The position numbers and the translations under genes are program-made. A stretch of 64,000 nucleotides of DNA, taken from the NCBI GenBank assembly GCA_036785375.1, contig JAWMAR010000191.1, positions 2,170,001 to 2,234,000 on the forward strand, given 5' to 3'. The notes under the pieces are model-generated. The model made no database searches. It saw only the letters and a list, made by a program, of their open reading frames with translations, and was not told the origin of the DNA. Source of the stretch: Leucoraja ocellata. Lineage: Eukaryota. Positions 36,783-49,939 of the stretch are shown here, one piece after another. How positions within the stretch are numbered: position 1 is the stretch's first letter; every line of letters starts with the position of its first letter.

Positions 36783-37048
36783 GATAGAGCTGTTGTCTCA
36801 CAGCGACTGTGCGGAGTTTGTGCATTCTCCCTTTGACTGCAATGGTTTTCTCCAGGAAACTCCGGTTTCCTCCCACATTCAAAAGCGTGCAGGCTTGCAG
36901 GTGAATTGGCTTTTGTAAAGTGCCGCAAGTGTGTAGGATTGCGAGAGTGGGATAACATAGAACTGGTGTATGGGGATCGATGGTCGGCATAGACTCGGTG
37001 GGCCGAATGGTCTGTTTCCATGCTGTATCTCTAAACTTAAACTAAACT
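36783..37048 (+). mobile_element. V-SINE (head partly deleted)
   Basis: ggagtttgtgcattctcc...ctccggtttcctcccacat...tgtatctctaaact. Confidence 0.8.
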
Positions 37049-38029
37049 GCACAATGTTGTAGGAAATTGGGCACCACCCTCTGTGATATAAAAAAATAGC
37101 TATCTTGAAGAAAGCTTGTGGTATACATATCAAATCGTACAGGCAAACTACTTCTTACAATAGGGTCTGTGCACATTTCAGCAGGTGCACCGTACACTAT
37201 GAACTGGACTTTGCTGGCAGCATTTTGCACTTCACTGTTATTAATGTGAAATCAGTAGCGTGAATAATGGCAAGCCTGAAGTCTCAATTTTAAAATGACA
37301 AAAGACAGTTCCAACTAAAATAATAAATGACTGCTAGTGAATAATGTAGCTTTTGAGGGATACAGAAAGCATTACAGCGGCGAGTTCAAATCCTTCATTA
37401 CTTCCTTTGAACTCTGGGATTAAATTCCATTTTTTCTTGAGCTCTGCTGACCGCTGCTAATAAAGCATATTATTGTTCCACCATACAATGAAACCCGTGC
37501 CAATACCAATACCACTGTTAATGACAGTCTGGCTGGCTGACTGGCTGATTACTGTGAATAGCTGCAGTATGGCATCACTACAGTGCAACTGTAGAGGGTG
37601 CAATAAGACGAATCGTGCTTGCACTTCAAAGTAGGAATAGGAAATAATAAACTATATATAGTTCATTGTAAGGCAGCATACGCAATTGCCTCTCTTCCTC
37701 CGTTATCACACAAACATAATACATTACGAGCATTACACTCAGATCTTCAGTTCTGTGAGCCATGGAAACTAATAATGAAATTGTTGGACTGGTTTTTGGG
37801 AACCTTGACTCTTGGTCTGTTTATATCCATCTACGTTTAAATTCAAGTCGTTAATAACTTGGGAGTAAAAATCCAATATCAATAACCATAAAAGTATTGG
37901 ATAAATGTAAATACTTTTGCAGTCATAAACAATCTTCAGTGAAGAAAATGTTTACTCGTTCCCTAGTCTGACATAAATGTGGCAGCAGGCCTATAATGGT
38001 GTGATTGACTGTTAATTGCTATGTAAAAT

Positions 38030-38700
38030 GGCAGTAAGCTGCATCATGAGTTCCTGACTCTTATGCTCAATGCCCTGACCAATGAAGGCAATCATACCAT
38101 ATGCCTTCTTTACCATTCTATCTACTTGTGTTGCCACTCTCAGAGAGACTTGGATCTCAATATCCCTCTGTATATCAATGATGTTAAGAGTCACGCCATT
38201 AATTGTATATTTTCCCTATACATTTGACCTCCCAAAGCAAAAACGTTACATTTGATTAAACTTTGTCATTTCCCCCCCGCCCCTCCCATTTCTGTAACTT
38301 ATCTGTATCCCACTGTGTACTTTGACAGACTTCGCAACAAACCACAAAGAATCTTGGTGCCATCTGCAAATTTACTAGCCAACCTATCTAAATTCACGTC
38401 TGAGTCATTTATATCTGTAACAAACAACAAAGGTCCCAGCACATATCCCTCCACTGGTTACAGACCTAAATATTGTCCTTCCACCATAACCCACTGTCTT
38501 CTATCAGGAAGTCATTTTCAAATGTTTTCTGTTGCATGTAGTCTACATAGATTGGAGCAAGGCTTTATCAAATGCCTTACTAAAATCCATGTAGACAACA
38601 TCCACTGCCCTATCCTCATCACTCACCTTTGTCATATACTCAAAAAATGCGATCACGTTCGTAAGACACAACCTGCGATGTGCAAAGCCATGCTGACTGC
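38030..38700 (-). mobile_element. Degenerate CR1 RT fragment
   Basis: atcaaatgccttactaaaatccatgtagacaacatc (DVVYMDFSKAFD on -), catctgcaaattt (KFAD) and ORF 38012-38194. Confidence 0.8.
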
Positions 38701-39014
38701 AGTGGCACAGTGGCCCAGCGGTAAAGTTGCTGTCTTACAGAGCACCTTTGTTCGATCCTGATCACAGGTGCTGCCTGTACGAAGTTTGTCCATTCTTCCC
38801 ATGACTGCGTGAGTTTTCCCCAGGTTCTCCAGTTTCCTCCCACATTCCAAAGACATACAGGTTTGTAGGTAAATTGGCTTCGGTAAAAATAGTAAATTGT
38901 CCATAGTATGTAGGATAGTGCTGGTGTAGGAAGATCGCTGGTCGGCGCAAACTCGGTGGGCCGAAGAGCAGTGTTTGCACGTTGCATCTCTAAACTAAAC
39001 TAAACTAAACTAAA
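38700..39014 (+). mobile_element. V-SINE (HE1-like)
   Basis: gtggcacagtggcccagcggta head and a (taaac)4 tail at about 38991-39013. Confidence 0.85.
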
Positions 39015-39110
39015 AGGTACACAAAAATGCTGGAGAAACTCAGTGGGTGCAGCAGCATCTATGGAGCGAAGGAGATAGGTAACGTTTCGGGCCGAAACCC
39101 TTCTTCAGAC
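39015..39110 (-). mobile_element. Penelope-related short repeat with intact hammerhead core (39081-39108)
   Basis: - strand reads CUGAAGA-A-GGGU-UUCG-GCCC-GAAAC-GUU. It abuts the V-SINE tail. Confidence 0.75.
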
Positions 39111-39299
39111 CCAATTGACTGCTAAACGACCTTTTTTCAATGCATCTTTCATAAGATCACAAGATCATAAGTGATAGGAGTAGAATTAGGCCATTCCATC
39201 CATCAAGCTGGGGTTTAAAGTATCACGGATGTCTTAAATGTTTGTTCTTCGAACACCCATTTTGCGGAGAAACATTGCAGAGAAACACTTAATTCTCAT

Positions 39300-39670
39300 G
39301 TTCATAAGTTCCAGGAGCAGAATTAGGCCATTCGCCCCATCAGGTCTACTCCGCCATTCAATCATGGCTGAACTATCTCTCCCCCTTAACCTCATTCTCC
39401 ATCTTTCTCCCCATAACCTCTAACACCCTTACTAATCAAGAATCTGTTTGTCTCTGCATTAAAAATATTCACTGACTTGACCTCCACAGCCTTCTGTGGC
39501 AAAGAATTCCACAAATTCACCACCCTCTGACTAAAGCGATTTCTCCTCATCTCCTTCCTAAAAGAATGTCCTTTAATTCTGAGACTACAACCTCTAGTCC
39601 TAGACTCTCCCGCTAGTGGAAACATCCTCTCCCTCCACATCCACTCTATCTGAGCCTTTCATTATTCTTT
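39300..39670 (-). mobile_element. CR1 3' fragment
   Basis: ORF 39392-39640 MFPLAGESRTRGCSL...FSQRVVNLWNSLP. Confidence 0.85.
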
Positions 39671-40127
39671 GTGCTTCCATTACCTCTTTTGTGGACTCCT
39701 TGTGTCTGGGAGATTCATTGTTAATTCTTAGAGAATGCAACATAAACTATAAATCCACCCACATGTCTGATGAGTCCTGACCATGGGAGGTTAATTAACG
39801 TTTAGCAGGATCAAAACCTTAACGGACTGCGAGGACATTTTAACTGTGTAATGGGATAAAATGAGTCACTTTATGACTGTTTTATGGAGTTAGCTAAAAA
39901 TAACATTTAATGGAGACCTAAAATAGATTGTCTTCCCATTACCTCTGCTTTATATGATTGAGCATTGGCTGAGTGTGTTTATATACACATGCATGGTATA
40001 TGTGTATATATGGTTTATTGTTGTACCCTTGTCAAAACGGAACTATACATTGAATAAGTTGAGCTAGTTAGAAGAACATGACACTCAGATATGTATGAAT
40101 ATCTTGGTAAGATGTGACATGTTGGGT

Positions 40128-40405
40128 TGCACAGTGGCACTGCTTATAGAGCTAGAGACCCGGATTTGTTCCTGAACCAGGCTGCTGTCTATGTGGAGTT
40201 TGCACGTTCTCCCAATGGCAGCGTGGGTTTTCTCTGAGTGCTCCAGTTTCCTCCCACATGCCTCTGCAAATTGCCCTAATGTGTAGGCAGTGGCTGAGAA
40301 AATGGGATAACAGAAATAGTGTTAACAGGTGATCGATGGTGGGCATGGACCCAACGTACCAAAGGGCCTGTTTCTATGCTGTGTCTCCAAACTAAATTAA
40401 ACTAA
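40128..40405 (+). mobile_element. V-SINE (degenerate)
   Basis: ggagtttgcacgttctccc...ctccagtttcctcccacat with a taaa-repeat tail. Confidence 0.75.
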
Positions 40406-41097
40406 AATTATGCAACACATTAAAAAAGCTTGACATGCAGTTCATTACAGCCCTTGACACCACTTTAAAATATTACACATTAGCCAGGCACATGGAGTGG
40501 TACAAATCTCCCCAAGTTGAGCCAGTGTTTATCTGCACGCTCTATTGAGAATTACACAAAGGAGCCCAACGCACTGATGCAGAGAAAGACATTTTGTTTT
40601 CCCCTTTCAAAAAAAAATGATTTGCAAAATATTGTTCATATAACAGTGCCAAATAATTAAAAAACAGTAATTTAATCAAATATAAACAAAAGCCAACTTG
40701 AGACTTATAATTAACTGTGCCACTTTTCTCCTTAGACATCCTCTAATTAAATATGTTGCATAACTTTTAAACATAATGAATAGAGAGAAATAATGACATG
40801 CATTCAAATGGTAACAAGTACATTTGTACCTAAGCTTATTGGATTGTTGCAATGCTCGGTAAATAAACTAAGAAAATCTACAAAATCCTAAAACTCGGTG
40901 TTTCCTCCCTAAAATCCACCCTGAAACCAGTTGATGGGGTGGAGGATTGAAGGGAATGTTCATTACGGACGAACGCTATAAAAACAAACTTTAAGACTTG
41001 CAGAAAGCCGTATAAAGTACAACTTTTACAAGATAGGACAAAGAATAGAAAGATCACATTGTTGATTAGGTTGGGTAAAGGAACAAAGGGATCTTGG

Positions 41098-41100
<3 letters not shown>

Positions 41101-41145
<45 letters not shown>
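41101..41145. repeat. (AT)n microsatellite
   Basis: About 22 perfect AT units. Confidence 0.97.
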
Positions 41146-41147
<2 letters not shown>

Positions 41148-41499
41148 AAACACCGCCGATGGAACCACTGATGGCACCCTAAGGAAATGATTTATTAAAT
41201 GAAAAGCAAACCAAACACTAGGGCTTGCTTCTGGGGGGACTGAAGTGAAAAGTAAGCCATGTGTGTCAAACTTGCAACAAATCTTAATTAGACCACAGTT
41301 GTAGCATTGCACACACATCAGGTCGTTGTGTTAGATATTGAGATATAAAGTCACTGGAAAGAAAGCAGAGAAGATTTACAAAAATTATGCCAAAACGGCA
41401 AAGATGTATACAATTACAAGGATGAATAAACCAGGTCTTTCTTTGACTCTATTCTCGACAAGGAAATAAAATCCTAAAGAATTACCTAATAGATGGCCT

Positions 41500-42120
41500 A
41501 ATAGATATGAGTTTAGGAGCAAGGAGATCCTACTGCAGTTATACAGTAGGAATACAGTAGCCCTGGTGAGCACGCACCTGGAGTATTGTGTGCAATTTTG
41601 GTCTCCTAATTTGAGGAAGGACATTATTGCTATTGAGTGAGTGCAGCGTAGGTTCACCAGGTTAATTCCCGGGATGGATGACATATGATGAAAGAATGGA
41701 TCGACTGGGCTTGTATTCACTGGAATTTAGAAGGATGAAAGGGAATCTAATAGAAACATGTAAAATTCTTCGAGGATTGAACAGGATAGATGCAGGTAAA
41801 ATGTTCCTGATGTTGGGGGAGTCCAGAACCAGGGGTCACAGTTTAAGAATAAGGGGTAGGCCATTTAGGACTGAGGTGAGGAAACACTTTTTCACCCAGA
41901 GAGATGTGAATCTGTGGAATTCTCTACCACAGAAAGCAGTGGAGGCCAATTCACTGGATGTTTTCAAGAGAGAGTTAGATTTAGCTCTTGGGGCTAAGGG
42001 AATCAAGGAATATGGGGGAAAAGCCAGAACGGGGTACTGATTTTAGATGATCAGCCATGATCATATTGAATGACGGTGCTGGCTTGAAGGGCCGAATGGC
42101 CTAATCCTGCACCTATTTAA
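41500..42120 (+). mobile_element. CR1 ORF2 3' fragment
   Basis: ORF 41678-42040 YDERMDRLGLYSLEFRRMKGNLIET...GY plus 3'UTR. Confidence 0.9.
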
Positions 42121-42129
42121 AATGTTTTC

Positions 42130-43090
42130 TATTAATGTTTGTCATCTATATCGATGATTAGGATGAGAATGTACATGGCAAGATTTGCAAATTTGCAGAT
42201 TATACAAAAGTGGGTGTATAGCAAACATTGAAAATGGTTGTCAGAAATTGCAGCAGGATCTTGATCGAATAGTCAGGTGGACTGAGGAATGGATGATGTA
42301 ATTTAACACAGAGAAATGTGAGGTGTTGCATTTTGGAAAGTGGGCAGGACCTATACAGTGAATTGTAGGGCTTTGGTGAGTGTTGTAGAGCAGAGGGATC
42401 TAGGCATGCAGGTACATAGTTCCTTGAAGGTGGTGTCACAGTTGGTTAGGGCGGTCAAAAATGATTTTGCTACTTTGGCCTTCATCAGTCAGGGTATTGA
42501 GTATAGAAGTTGGGAGGTCAAGTTGCAGTTATTTAAGACATTGGTGAAACTGCATTTAGAGCGTTGTGTTTAGTTCTGGGCACCATGTAATAGGAAAGAT
42601 TTTGTCAAGTTGGAAAGAGTACAGAGAAAATTTATAACGACTTTGCCAGTACTCAAGGTCTGAGCTAAAGGGAGAGGTTGAGCAGGCTGGGACACTATTC
42701 CTTCGAGCGCAGGAGGATGAGGGATGATCGTATTGAGGTGTATAAAATCATGAGAGGAATGGATTGGGTAGACACACAGAGTCTCTTGCCCAGAGTAGGG
42801 AAATCTAGAACTAGAGGACATAGGTTTAAGGAGAAGGGGAAAAGATTTAATAGGAATCTAAGGGGTAACTTTCACAACAAGGGTGGTGGGTGTAAGGAAC
42901 GAACAGCCAGAGGAGGTAGTTGAGGCAGGGACTATTGCAATGTTTAAGAAACAATGACAGGTGCATGGATAGGACAGGTTTAGAGGGATCGGGGCCAAAC
43001 ACAGGCGGGTGGGACTAGTGCAGATGGGACATGTTGGTCGGAGTGGGCAAGTTGGGCTGAAGGGCCTGTTTCCACACTCTATGACTCTAA
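42130..43090 (+). mobile_element. CR1 ORF2 fragment, second subfamily (KFAD to 3' end)
   Basis: aaatttgcagat, EQRDLGMQVHSSLKV, RRRMRDDRIEVYKIMRG, with an actctatg tail. Confidence 0.88.
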
Positions 43091-43539
43091 ATAGAATTGA
43101 GACCAACATGAGTAAAAATTCCAGTTTCCCCCATTGGTTTTCATCATTACATTTTATCAAAGGAGAGATTCCCTCCTTTAATGCTTCCATCATATGAACA
43201 TATATGAAAACTGCGCACTCCAAACCGTTGTTTAATCGTGGTCCAGGAGGTCAGAAGCAGTAAATCTCTTTTTAAATTTCTACTATCTTTTATAAAGCTA
43301 TTCAAACTTCTTATATGAAGAACATAAAAATTTAAACAATGATGTTGTCACATTTGAAACAGCAAAAATCTGGGTGTCAATCCTAGTATTTTTGTAGTCA
43401 ACTGACCTCAATGTTATAGTGAATCCATCTAACTATTACCTCTGAGTCCGGATCATCTTTTCTCCTAGCGCATCCTGCCAGGTGTCATTTATATTTCGGG
43501 TCTTGGCGGTGACCTGGGTGTTAATAAGAGAAATAAAAG

Positions 43540-43932
43540 ATAGACACAAAAAGCTGGAGTAACTCAGCGGGACAGGCAGCATCTCTGGAGAGAAGGAATG
43601 GGTAATGTTTCGGGTTGAGACCATTCTTCAGGAGTCACGGGGAAGGGAAACGAGTGATATAGACGATGGTCTAGAGAGATAAAGAACAATGCATGAAAGA
43701 CATGTAAAAAAGTAACGATGATAAAGGAAACAGGCCATTGTTAGCTGTTTGCTGGGTGAAAACGAAAAGCTTGTGCAACTTGGGTGGGGGAGGGATGGCC
43801 TGAAGAAGGGTCTCGACCCAAAACATCACGCATTCCTTCTCTCCAGAGATGCTGCCTGTCCCGCTGAGTTACTCCAGCATTTTTCTGTCTATCCTCGGTT
43901 TAACCCAGCATCTGCAGTTCCTTCTGACACAA
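43540..43932. mobile_element. Penelope-like inverted pseudo-LTR pair
   Basis: A - strand copy (43540-43795) is followed by a + strand copy (43800-43932). The arms gctggagtaactcagcgggacaggcagcatctctggagagaaggaatg / cattccttctctccagagatgctgcctgtcccgctgagttactccagc are complementary. Confidence 0.8.
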
Positions 43933-45478
43933 GAGAAATAAAAGGTTCAATTTTTGACAATAATCCAAGGCAGAAATACTTTGATTGCCAAAATGTGCCA
44001 GTAACTGGCAGCATTTCAGGTACCTCAGCTACAGTCGATGCTCATAATATTTACACCCAGAGAATTGCTTTCATGAAATAATTAACGTGCAAATGGATAT
44101 GGGAACTCATGGATGCATCAGTGGATATGATTCCAATGGGCAATGCACCTACGCATGTGAACAATTCATAAAATGTACCTTATAACAATGTGCCCCAGAA
44201 GAAGATTTTTTGGTATTAACTGCAGAGCCATAGCATGCAAGCTTTCACTTGAAGGGCATACTTTTTCACCCCTCTTTTAAATTAGTTAAGATTAGTTTAT
44301 TGTCACGTGTACTGAGGTACAGAGAAAAGCTTTTGTTGTGTGCTAACCAGTCAGTGGAAAGACAATGCATGATTACAATTGAGCAATTCACAGTGTACAG
44401 ATACATGATGCAGAGAAATACGTGAATAATGTTTAATGCAAGATAAATTCCAGTAAAGTCTGATCAAAGATAGTCCGAGGATTCCTAATAAGGTAGATAG
44501 TTGCTCAGAACTGCTCTCTGGCTGTTGGTAGGATGGTCCAGTTGCTTAATAACAGCTGGGATGAAACTAAATTACAGCATCTTCAAAATTTATGGAGCTT
44601 ATACATTGAATAATCAAAGATGTAGCAACCTATTCTAGAGATTCTTGCAATTTTTTTGGAACTAGCTATGAATTTGAGGAAATTATGCTTTCCTCATTTG
44701 TTATCCCCACTAGGTCTCTCTTTGTTTCTCAGGGACAAGTAATTCAGGCTCTTTAAATACTTAATGTAAGTTGCATGCGATGAAAGATGTTGCTCACATC
44801 ACGTCTTTGTAGTCTGTAATGAATAGGGTCATTAAGCTGGCTCTGTGAAGTTCATTCAACAAAGTCATTAGTCCAGTAGTGTGGGACACTACAGAAATGA
44901 GAAATCCTTCCCCATGGGGCTGTATAAAGTATTTATTTTCCAGGTGTTTTTTTATGGAGAAACAATGACATATTAATTGGAGGTGCATGTAATTTCAATA
45001 TTTTGATGGGGACAGTTTGGGCTTATTTTCTAAATTAACAAATTGCGTGATCTTTTTCGCTGCTGTGTCAAGTGAGTCTAAAGTCTGCATGCAACGTATC
45101 CTGACTCATTCACGCTGTACGTTCCATTTCTGCACAATGTCACTGCTTCAGGCAACAACCAGATGGTCTGGGGTCTCAGTCCCAGGGATGCCATTCACTT
45201 AGATTTGCCTGGAAATAAAGACATTTTATTATTTGCCTCTTGACCAGACTGCTAGTTTGAGAAGCAGTAAGTCACAAGCTGTTGCCTTTTTTTGCAAGAG
45301 GAAAGTGCAGGAGAAAAAGTCAAGCAAGCTGGTATGTTTCTTTCCTGTATTTCACACCCATCTATGGTCATGCCACCCAATCAATGCAAGAGTTCCAATT
45401 TGCATGTTTGCTATAGAACTAAACAACTGCTACGTTGAGAATTTCAAAAGAAAAGTTGAACCAAAATTGTATTTGTAA

Positions 45479-45788
45479 TGCCCCTGTCCCACTTAGGAAA
45501 CCTGAACGGAAACCTCTGGAGACTTTGTGCCCCGCCCAAGGTTTCCGTGCGGTTCCCGGAGGTTTTTGCCAGTCTCCCTACCTGCCTCCACTACCTGCAA
45601 CCGCCGGAAACCCCCTGCAACCTCCGGGAACTGGAGGTTGCAGGTGGTTGCCGGAGGTTGCAGGTAGTGGAAGCAGGAAGGAGACTGACAAAAACCTCCG
45701 GGAATCTCCGGGAACCGCGCGGAAACCTTGGGTGGGGCGCAAAGTCTCCAGAGGTTTCCGTTCAGGTTTCCTAAGTGGGACAGGGGCA
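45479..45788. mobile_element. PIF/Harbinger-type MITE, almost fully palindromic (310 bp)
   Basis: TIRs tgcccctgtcccacttaggaaacctgaacggaaacctctggagacttt and its exact reverse complement. TAA TSD at 45476-45478 and 45789-45791. Confidence 0.9.
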
Positions 45789-45857
45789 TAACTCTTTCAG
45801 TTTCTCCAGCACTCATTTTTTTTTTACTTTACACTGAGGTAAAATAAACATTGGAGG

Positions 45858-46150
45858 GCACAAAGTATTGGAGTAACTCAGCGGGTCAGGCAGCATCTCT
45901 GGAGTAACACGGAGGGGTGACATTTTGGATCGGGATCTGCCTTCAAGTCTGAAGAAGAGTCCCGACATGAAATGTCACCCCCCCATGTTACTCCAGAGAT
46001 CGGACTACTCCAAGTCTTAAGAAGGGTCCTAACCTGATATTCCACCTTTTCCATGTTACTCCAGAGATGCTGCCTGACCGGCTAAGTAGTAACTCTTTGT
46101 TACACTTGTGTCCTTTTGTGTAAACCAACATCTGCAGTAAACCAGCATCT
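45858..46150. mobile_element. Rearranged inverted/tandem Penelope-related repeats
   Basis: One - arm, then two tandem + arms each containing ccatgttactccagagat and a degenerate hammerhead box. Confidence 0.65.
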
Positions 46151-46887
46151 AAAATATAATCTTATTTTAGTTTATTGTACCAGTATGAGGGAAACATTGC
46201 TTGCTTTCTTGGCAAAGAATGGAGCGAGGTGGAATGTTTGAGACCATGCCCATTTGCACCCCCATAGCTGGATTCTTAAGTAAAACTGTCAGGGCAAAAA
46301 CCATTTACTTCTGCCAGAGACACGTGGATGTCCCATTTAGCTCGTCAGCACTGTTTTTACCTTTTAATGCCAGCCACTGTACAACTCAAGTTCCAAGTGC
46401 ATAGGATCAAACAGTTGTTTAATTTTCCACCTGTTAAAAATTGACACCGATGTCTGCTAACTCTGTTGTACGCATAAAGAATAAATAGAGGCAGATTGTG
46501 ACAATGGTAGGAAACCCAAGGGAGTTTAATGACACATATTAAACAGTGACTTTGATGACTGCGGATTTATACAGTGATCAGGTGGCTAAGGTCGTATTGT
46601 GCTCTTTTCACTTTCATATTCTATCATTACTTTTATTGGTTTATGGCTTTTTTAATGATTTTACTTTTATTAGTGAATTATAATTTTCATGTTTTGCAGC
46701 TTAAGTTTGTCGTTTATGTTACTGCTGCTATTATGATCACCAGGCTTCACTGGTTAGGGTTCTCATGCGCAACAGAAAACTCTTATAAAGAAACAGGTTG
46801 TCATTTCATTGTGTGAGATAAAATCAGTTGTGTCACACATCATTCCCCATCTGAGAAAGAGAATTGCTAACCTGACCCTCTCTACAA

Positions 46888-47200
46888 ATGAATATTGATT
46901 TCTCCAACTTCAAGTAACTCTTGCATTCTCTCACTCTCCGATCCTCCCCTACTCTAGTCCTCTTGCTAATTTCGCCGTTCGTATTCCTTCATTATCACCT
47001 CGTCCCCAGCCAACAATGGACCATTGTGGGCTCCACATTTCCTGAGTCAAAAGATTCTGCTTTGTTCTGTACCTTCCCTACCTCCAGTGTCCCCCTCCCT
47101 AACTCCCAGCCTGATGAAGGGTCTAAACCCAAACATCACATATTCCTTTTCTCTAGAGATGCTGCCTGACCCGCTGAGTTACCCCAGCATTTGTGGCTAT
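46888..47200 (+). mobile_element. Penelope-like element 3' end (ORF terminus plus pseudo-LTR)
   Basis: MNIDFSNFK* at 46888-46917 resembles the end of the Penelope GIY-YIG ORF (recalled). It runs into ctgatgaagggtctaaacccaaacatc...gatgctgcctgacccgctgagtt. Confidence 0.55.
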
Positions 47201-49939
47201 CCATTCTACGAGTAGTTGCAAAGAGGGATGGGATGCCAGTTCTGTAACATTCTTAACCATGGAATTTTCCCTTCTGTTTCTGTTGTTGAGGGTTCAGTGG
47301 TAGTCCAGTCTATTTGGCCCATCACCTCTTATTCTGGATCTAGCCTGTGGTCCATGTCACGTATAGACAGGACACAGTCACAGCCTTTTAAGTTTCCTCC
47401 AAACCTCTGCTAAGAACACTCCTAGTCTCAACCTGTATGATTGAGCATTTAACATACCTTCTCGATTCAGCATTGTTCATTCAAGGCACAGACCACTTGT
47501 TTCCAAAATGCATTAGTTAATGGGTCAGTTGTGCCTCTGCAGCCAAGAAAGACACAGATGGAAAATGGCATCGTAACTGTGGCCACTCAGAATGTTCTTC
47601 GCAGGTGCTATTGCCCAAATTCTATTAAGAACAAAGATGAGTGGAAGGGATATAAATATCTGAGCACAAAGGGGAAGGGAAAGTTTATGGTAGCTCCACA
47701 AGTCCCCAGGAGTTTGAACGAAATGATGCCCATCTGTAAGCTCAGCAGGATTTGACTCAAAATATTGCTTACATATCTATAAATCAAAACTAGCGTGAAT
47801 ACACTGAAGTACTTCATCTCATAACAAATTTGAAAATTATTCTGTGAACAAATTAGCATAATGACTTGGTGGGAGAGAAAAGAAAAATGCTCAGCACATG
47901 CAGTTTTTTAAGTGTTGCTAGTAGCATGAACTTTGTTAGACTACATTATATGTTTGATTATGATTTTGAACATTTATTCTAAGCATTACATTGTTAAATT
48001 ATTTAAACACGTTATGTTACTTAAATTATCAGCTTGTTTACAAAACATTTGTCACTTACATACCATTTCTTACTTGCTCCTATCATGAACAATAGGCTGT
48101 GTGTTCGTAAGGTTGTTTTTATGATTGTGTATTCTTATTAAATGAAAAAAATAAGCAAAGAAGAAGGCCTTTTCTGTGGGCTAATTGCATTGCTGTTTAA
48201 AGTTAGCTTAGCATAGAAAGTCCTAGTATCACCCCATTTCCACAGTGTTTTGCATTTATCAGCTCAGCATACTTGAGAGATGACTAGAGTGCTAAGAACT
48301 CATTCACTTTTATCAACGCAAAGTTTATAGAGGCAACTTAGTGTTGTTTTTGTTGCAGTTGCACAGACTTGCAGCAATACATTTTGAGGTGTTTCTCCAC
48401 AAAATGAGCATGACATTTCTGCAATGCCGCTGCAGGCAGTTGCCCAGTGAAGGCCAGGTAATTCCCCCACAGTGAGTAGAAGACAAATTGAAATGGTGGG
48501 ATGAAAAAGTTTCATTTGAGTAAAATCAGTGATCGGGGGTAGATCTCCTTCTCAGAAGTATCCCCTTACCTTATTTTACTAGAAAGCAAGAAAAGGAGAA
48601 GAATGGTACTTGCCTCTGGCACATTAACAACTAACAGCTGAGCAGGACATAACAGGAGCCCTCGAGGCCCCTGTACCTACAATTTGGCAAAGAACGGAGG
48701 TGACAGGGATTAGGGCTGCAAATAGCTTCTAGGTCAATATATGAATAGCACCGATGTGAAGTAAGCCATGAGGCTGTTGGTCAGATATATTTTGTTAATT
48801 TGCTATGATAGGCCAATTTGTGTACTCCTTAAAGGGCTAAGAGTAATGTGTTTGTACCATCTAAAATCTAGCACAGTGTTGCACAACATAAATTAGCCCA
48901 CAGGCTGGAATGTGGCCTGTTGGATCATTACAATTGGGCCCTCAATGCACTTTCTAATTATTCCAAAGGGTCAGCTCATGAGTGGTCTCCAGAGGCCAGG
49001 CAGGACGTTTCATCCGGCCCGCGATGTGCTCTATTGTTATTTACTAGAGCCGGCTCACCAGTCCTCCCAATCGCTCAGACGGGAGATGAAAACTCCAACC
49101 AGATGTGGCACACAGTAAGCTCCGTCTGCACGCACGGTGAGTGTCCACCATTAGAATACCCTTCAAAGTGCGGTTGTCCTGGGCCATTTGAGGCTTTTAC
49201 TGCCACTGAACGCATCCTGCGCTCAGCCGCAGCGGCTGATCAAGAAAAAATTGCAATCCCAAAGATCGAGGAAGTTGGGCACCACTACACGACATATCTA
49301 GAGTAAAAAATATATCAGTTATCATTATAGTGTGAAGAATAGAAACAAATGGGCTCCCAGTCGATACAATTAATCTAAGATGTGCTACCACACTGTCAAT
49401 GCAATCACATCATTAAAAAGAATTACATAGCTAAATTGACCAAACCTTTTGTGAATTGTTGCCCAGCACCTGGCTAAACATTACATGGTTTAAAAATATT
49501 TCAAACAAATACAGATTCTGTCGTAGTCTCCCGAATCACCTCAGAACATCCAAACAAGTAAGCTATCCTACTGTTTATTTGCTTTACCAAAACATTATTA
49601 TTTTTTTAATTTTAACTCAAATTAATTGTAAATTTAGTCCAAAATATAAGGGAAAAAATTCTGTATATTCCCCCTTTCAGTTGAAAATGCCTTTGATAGA
49701 CTACAATGATTTGAACAGAGGGTCTCTCTAATAATTTTTTTTTAAAAACAAGCGCAGAGATTCAATGGTATATTAGTTTATTCAGTGTAATGCAACTCAA
49801 AGTCATGTTTTTTTTCTCGGGAATGTAACAGGATGATGATCCTATCCAATTATTCTCATGTAACTCAATACATTTGAACAGGCACTTCTTTGATGAAGGG
49901 TATACTCATTCCCAATACAGTGCTCTGATGGAATATTTA

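Noticed and set aside
37975-38010. cagcaggcctat (QQAY) as a candidate for the next CELF4 exon
   Set aside because: Flanking codons do not match QSPTAADPL/AGVQQYA and there are no suitable splice sites.
45435-45816. Mirror-image ORFs on both strands (MPLSHLGNLNGNLWRL...)
   Set aside because: An artefact of the palindromic MITE; no evidence of a protein.
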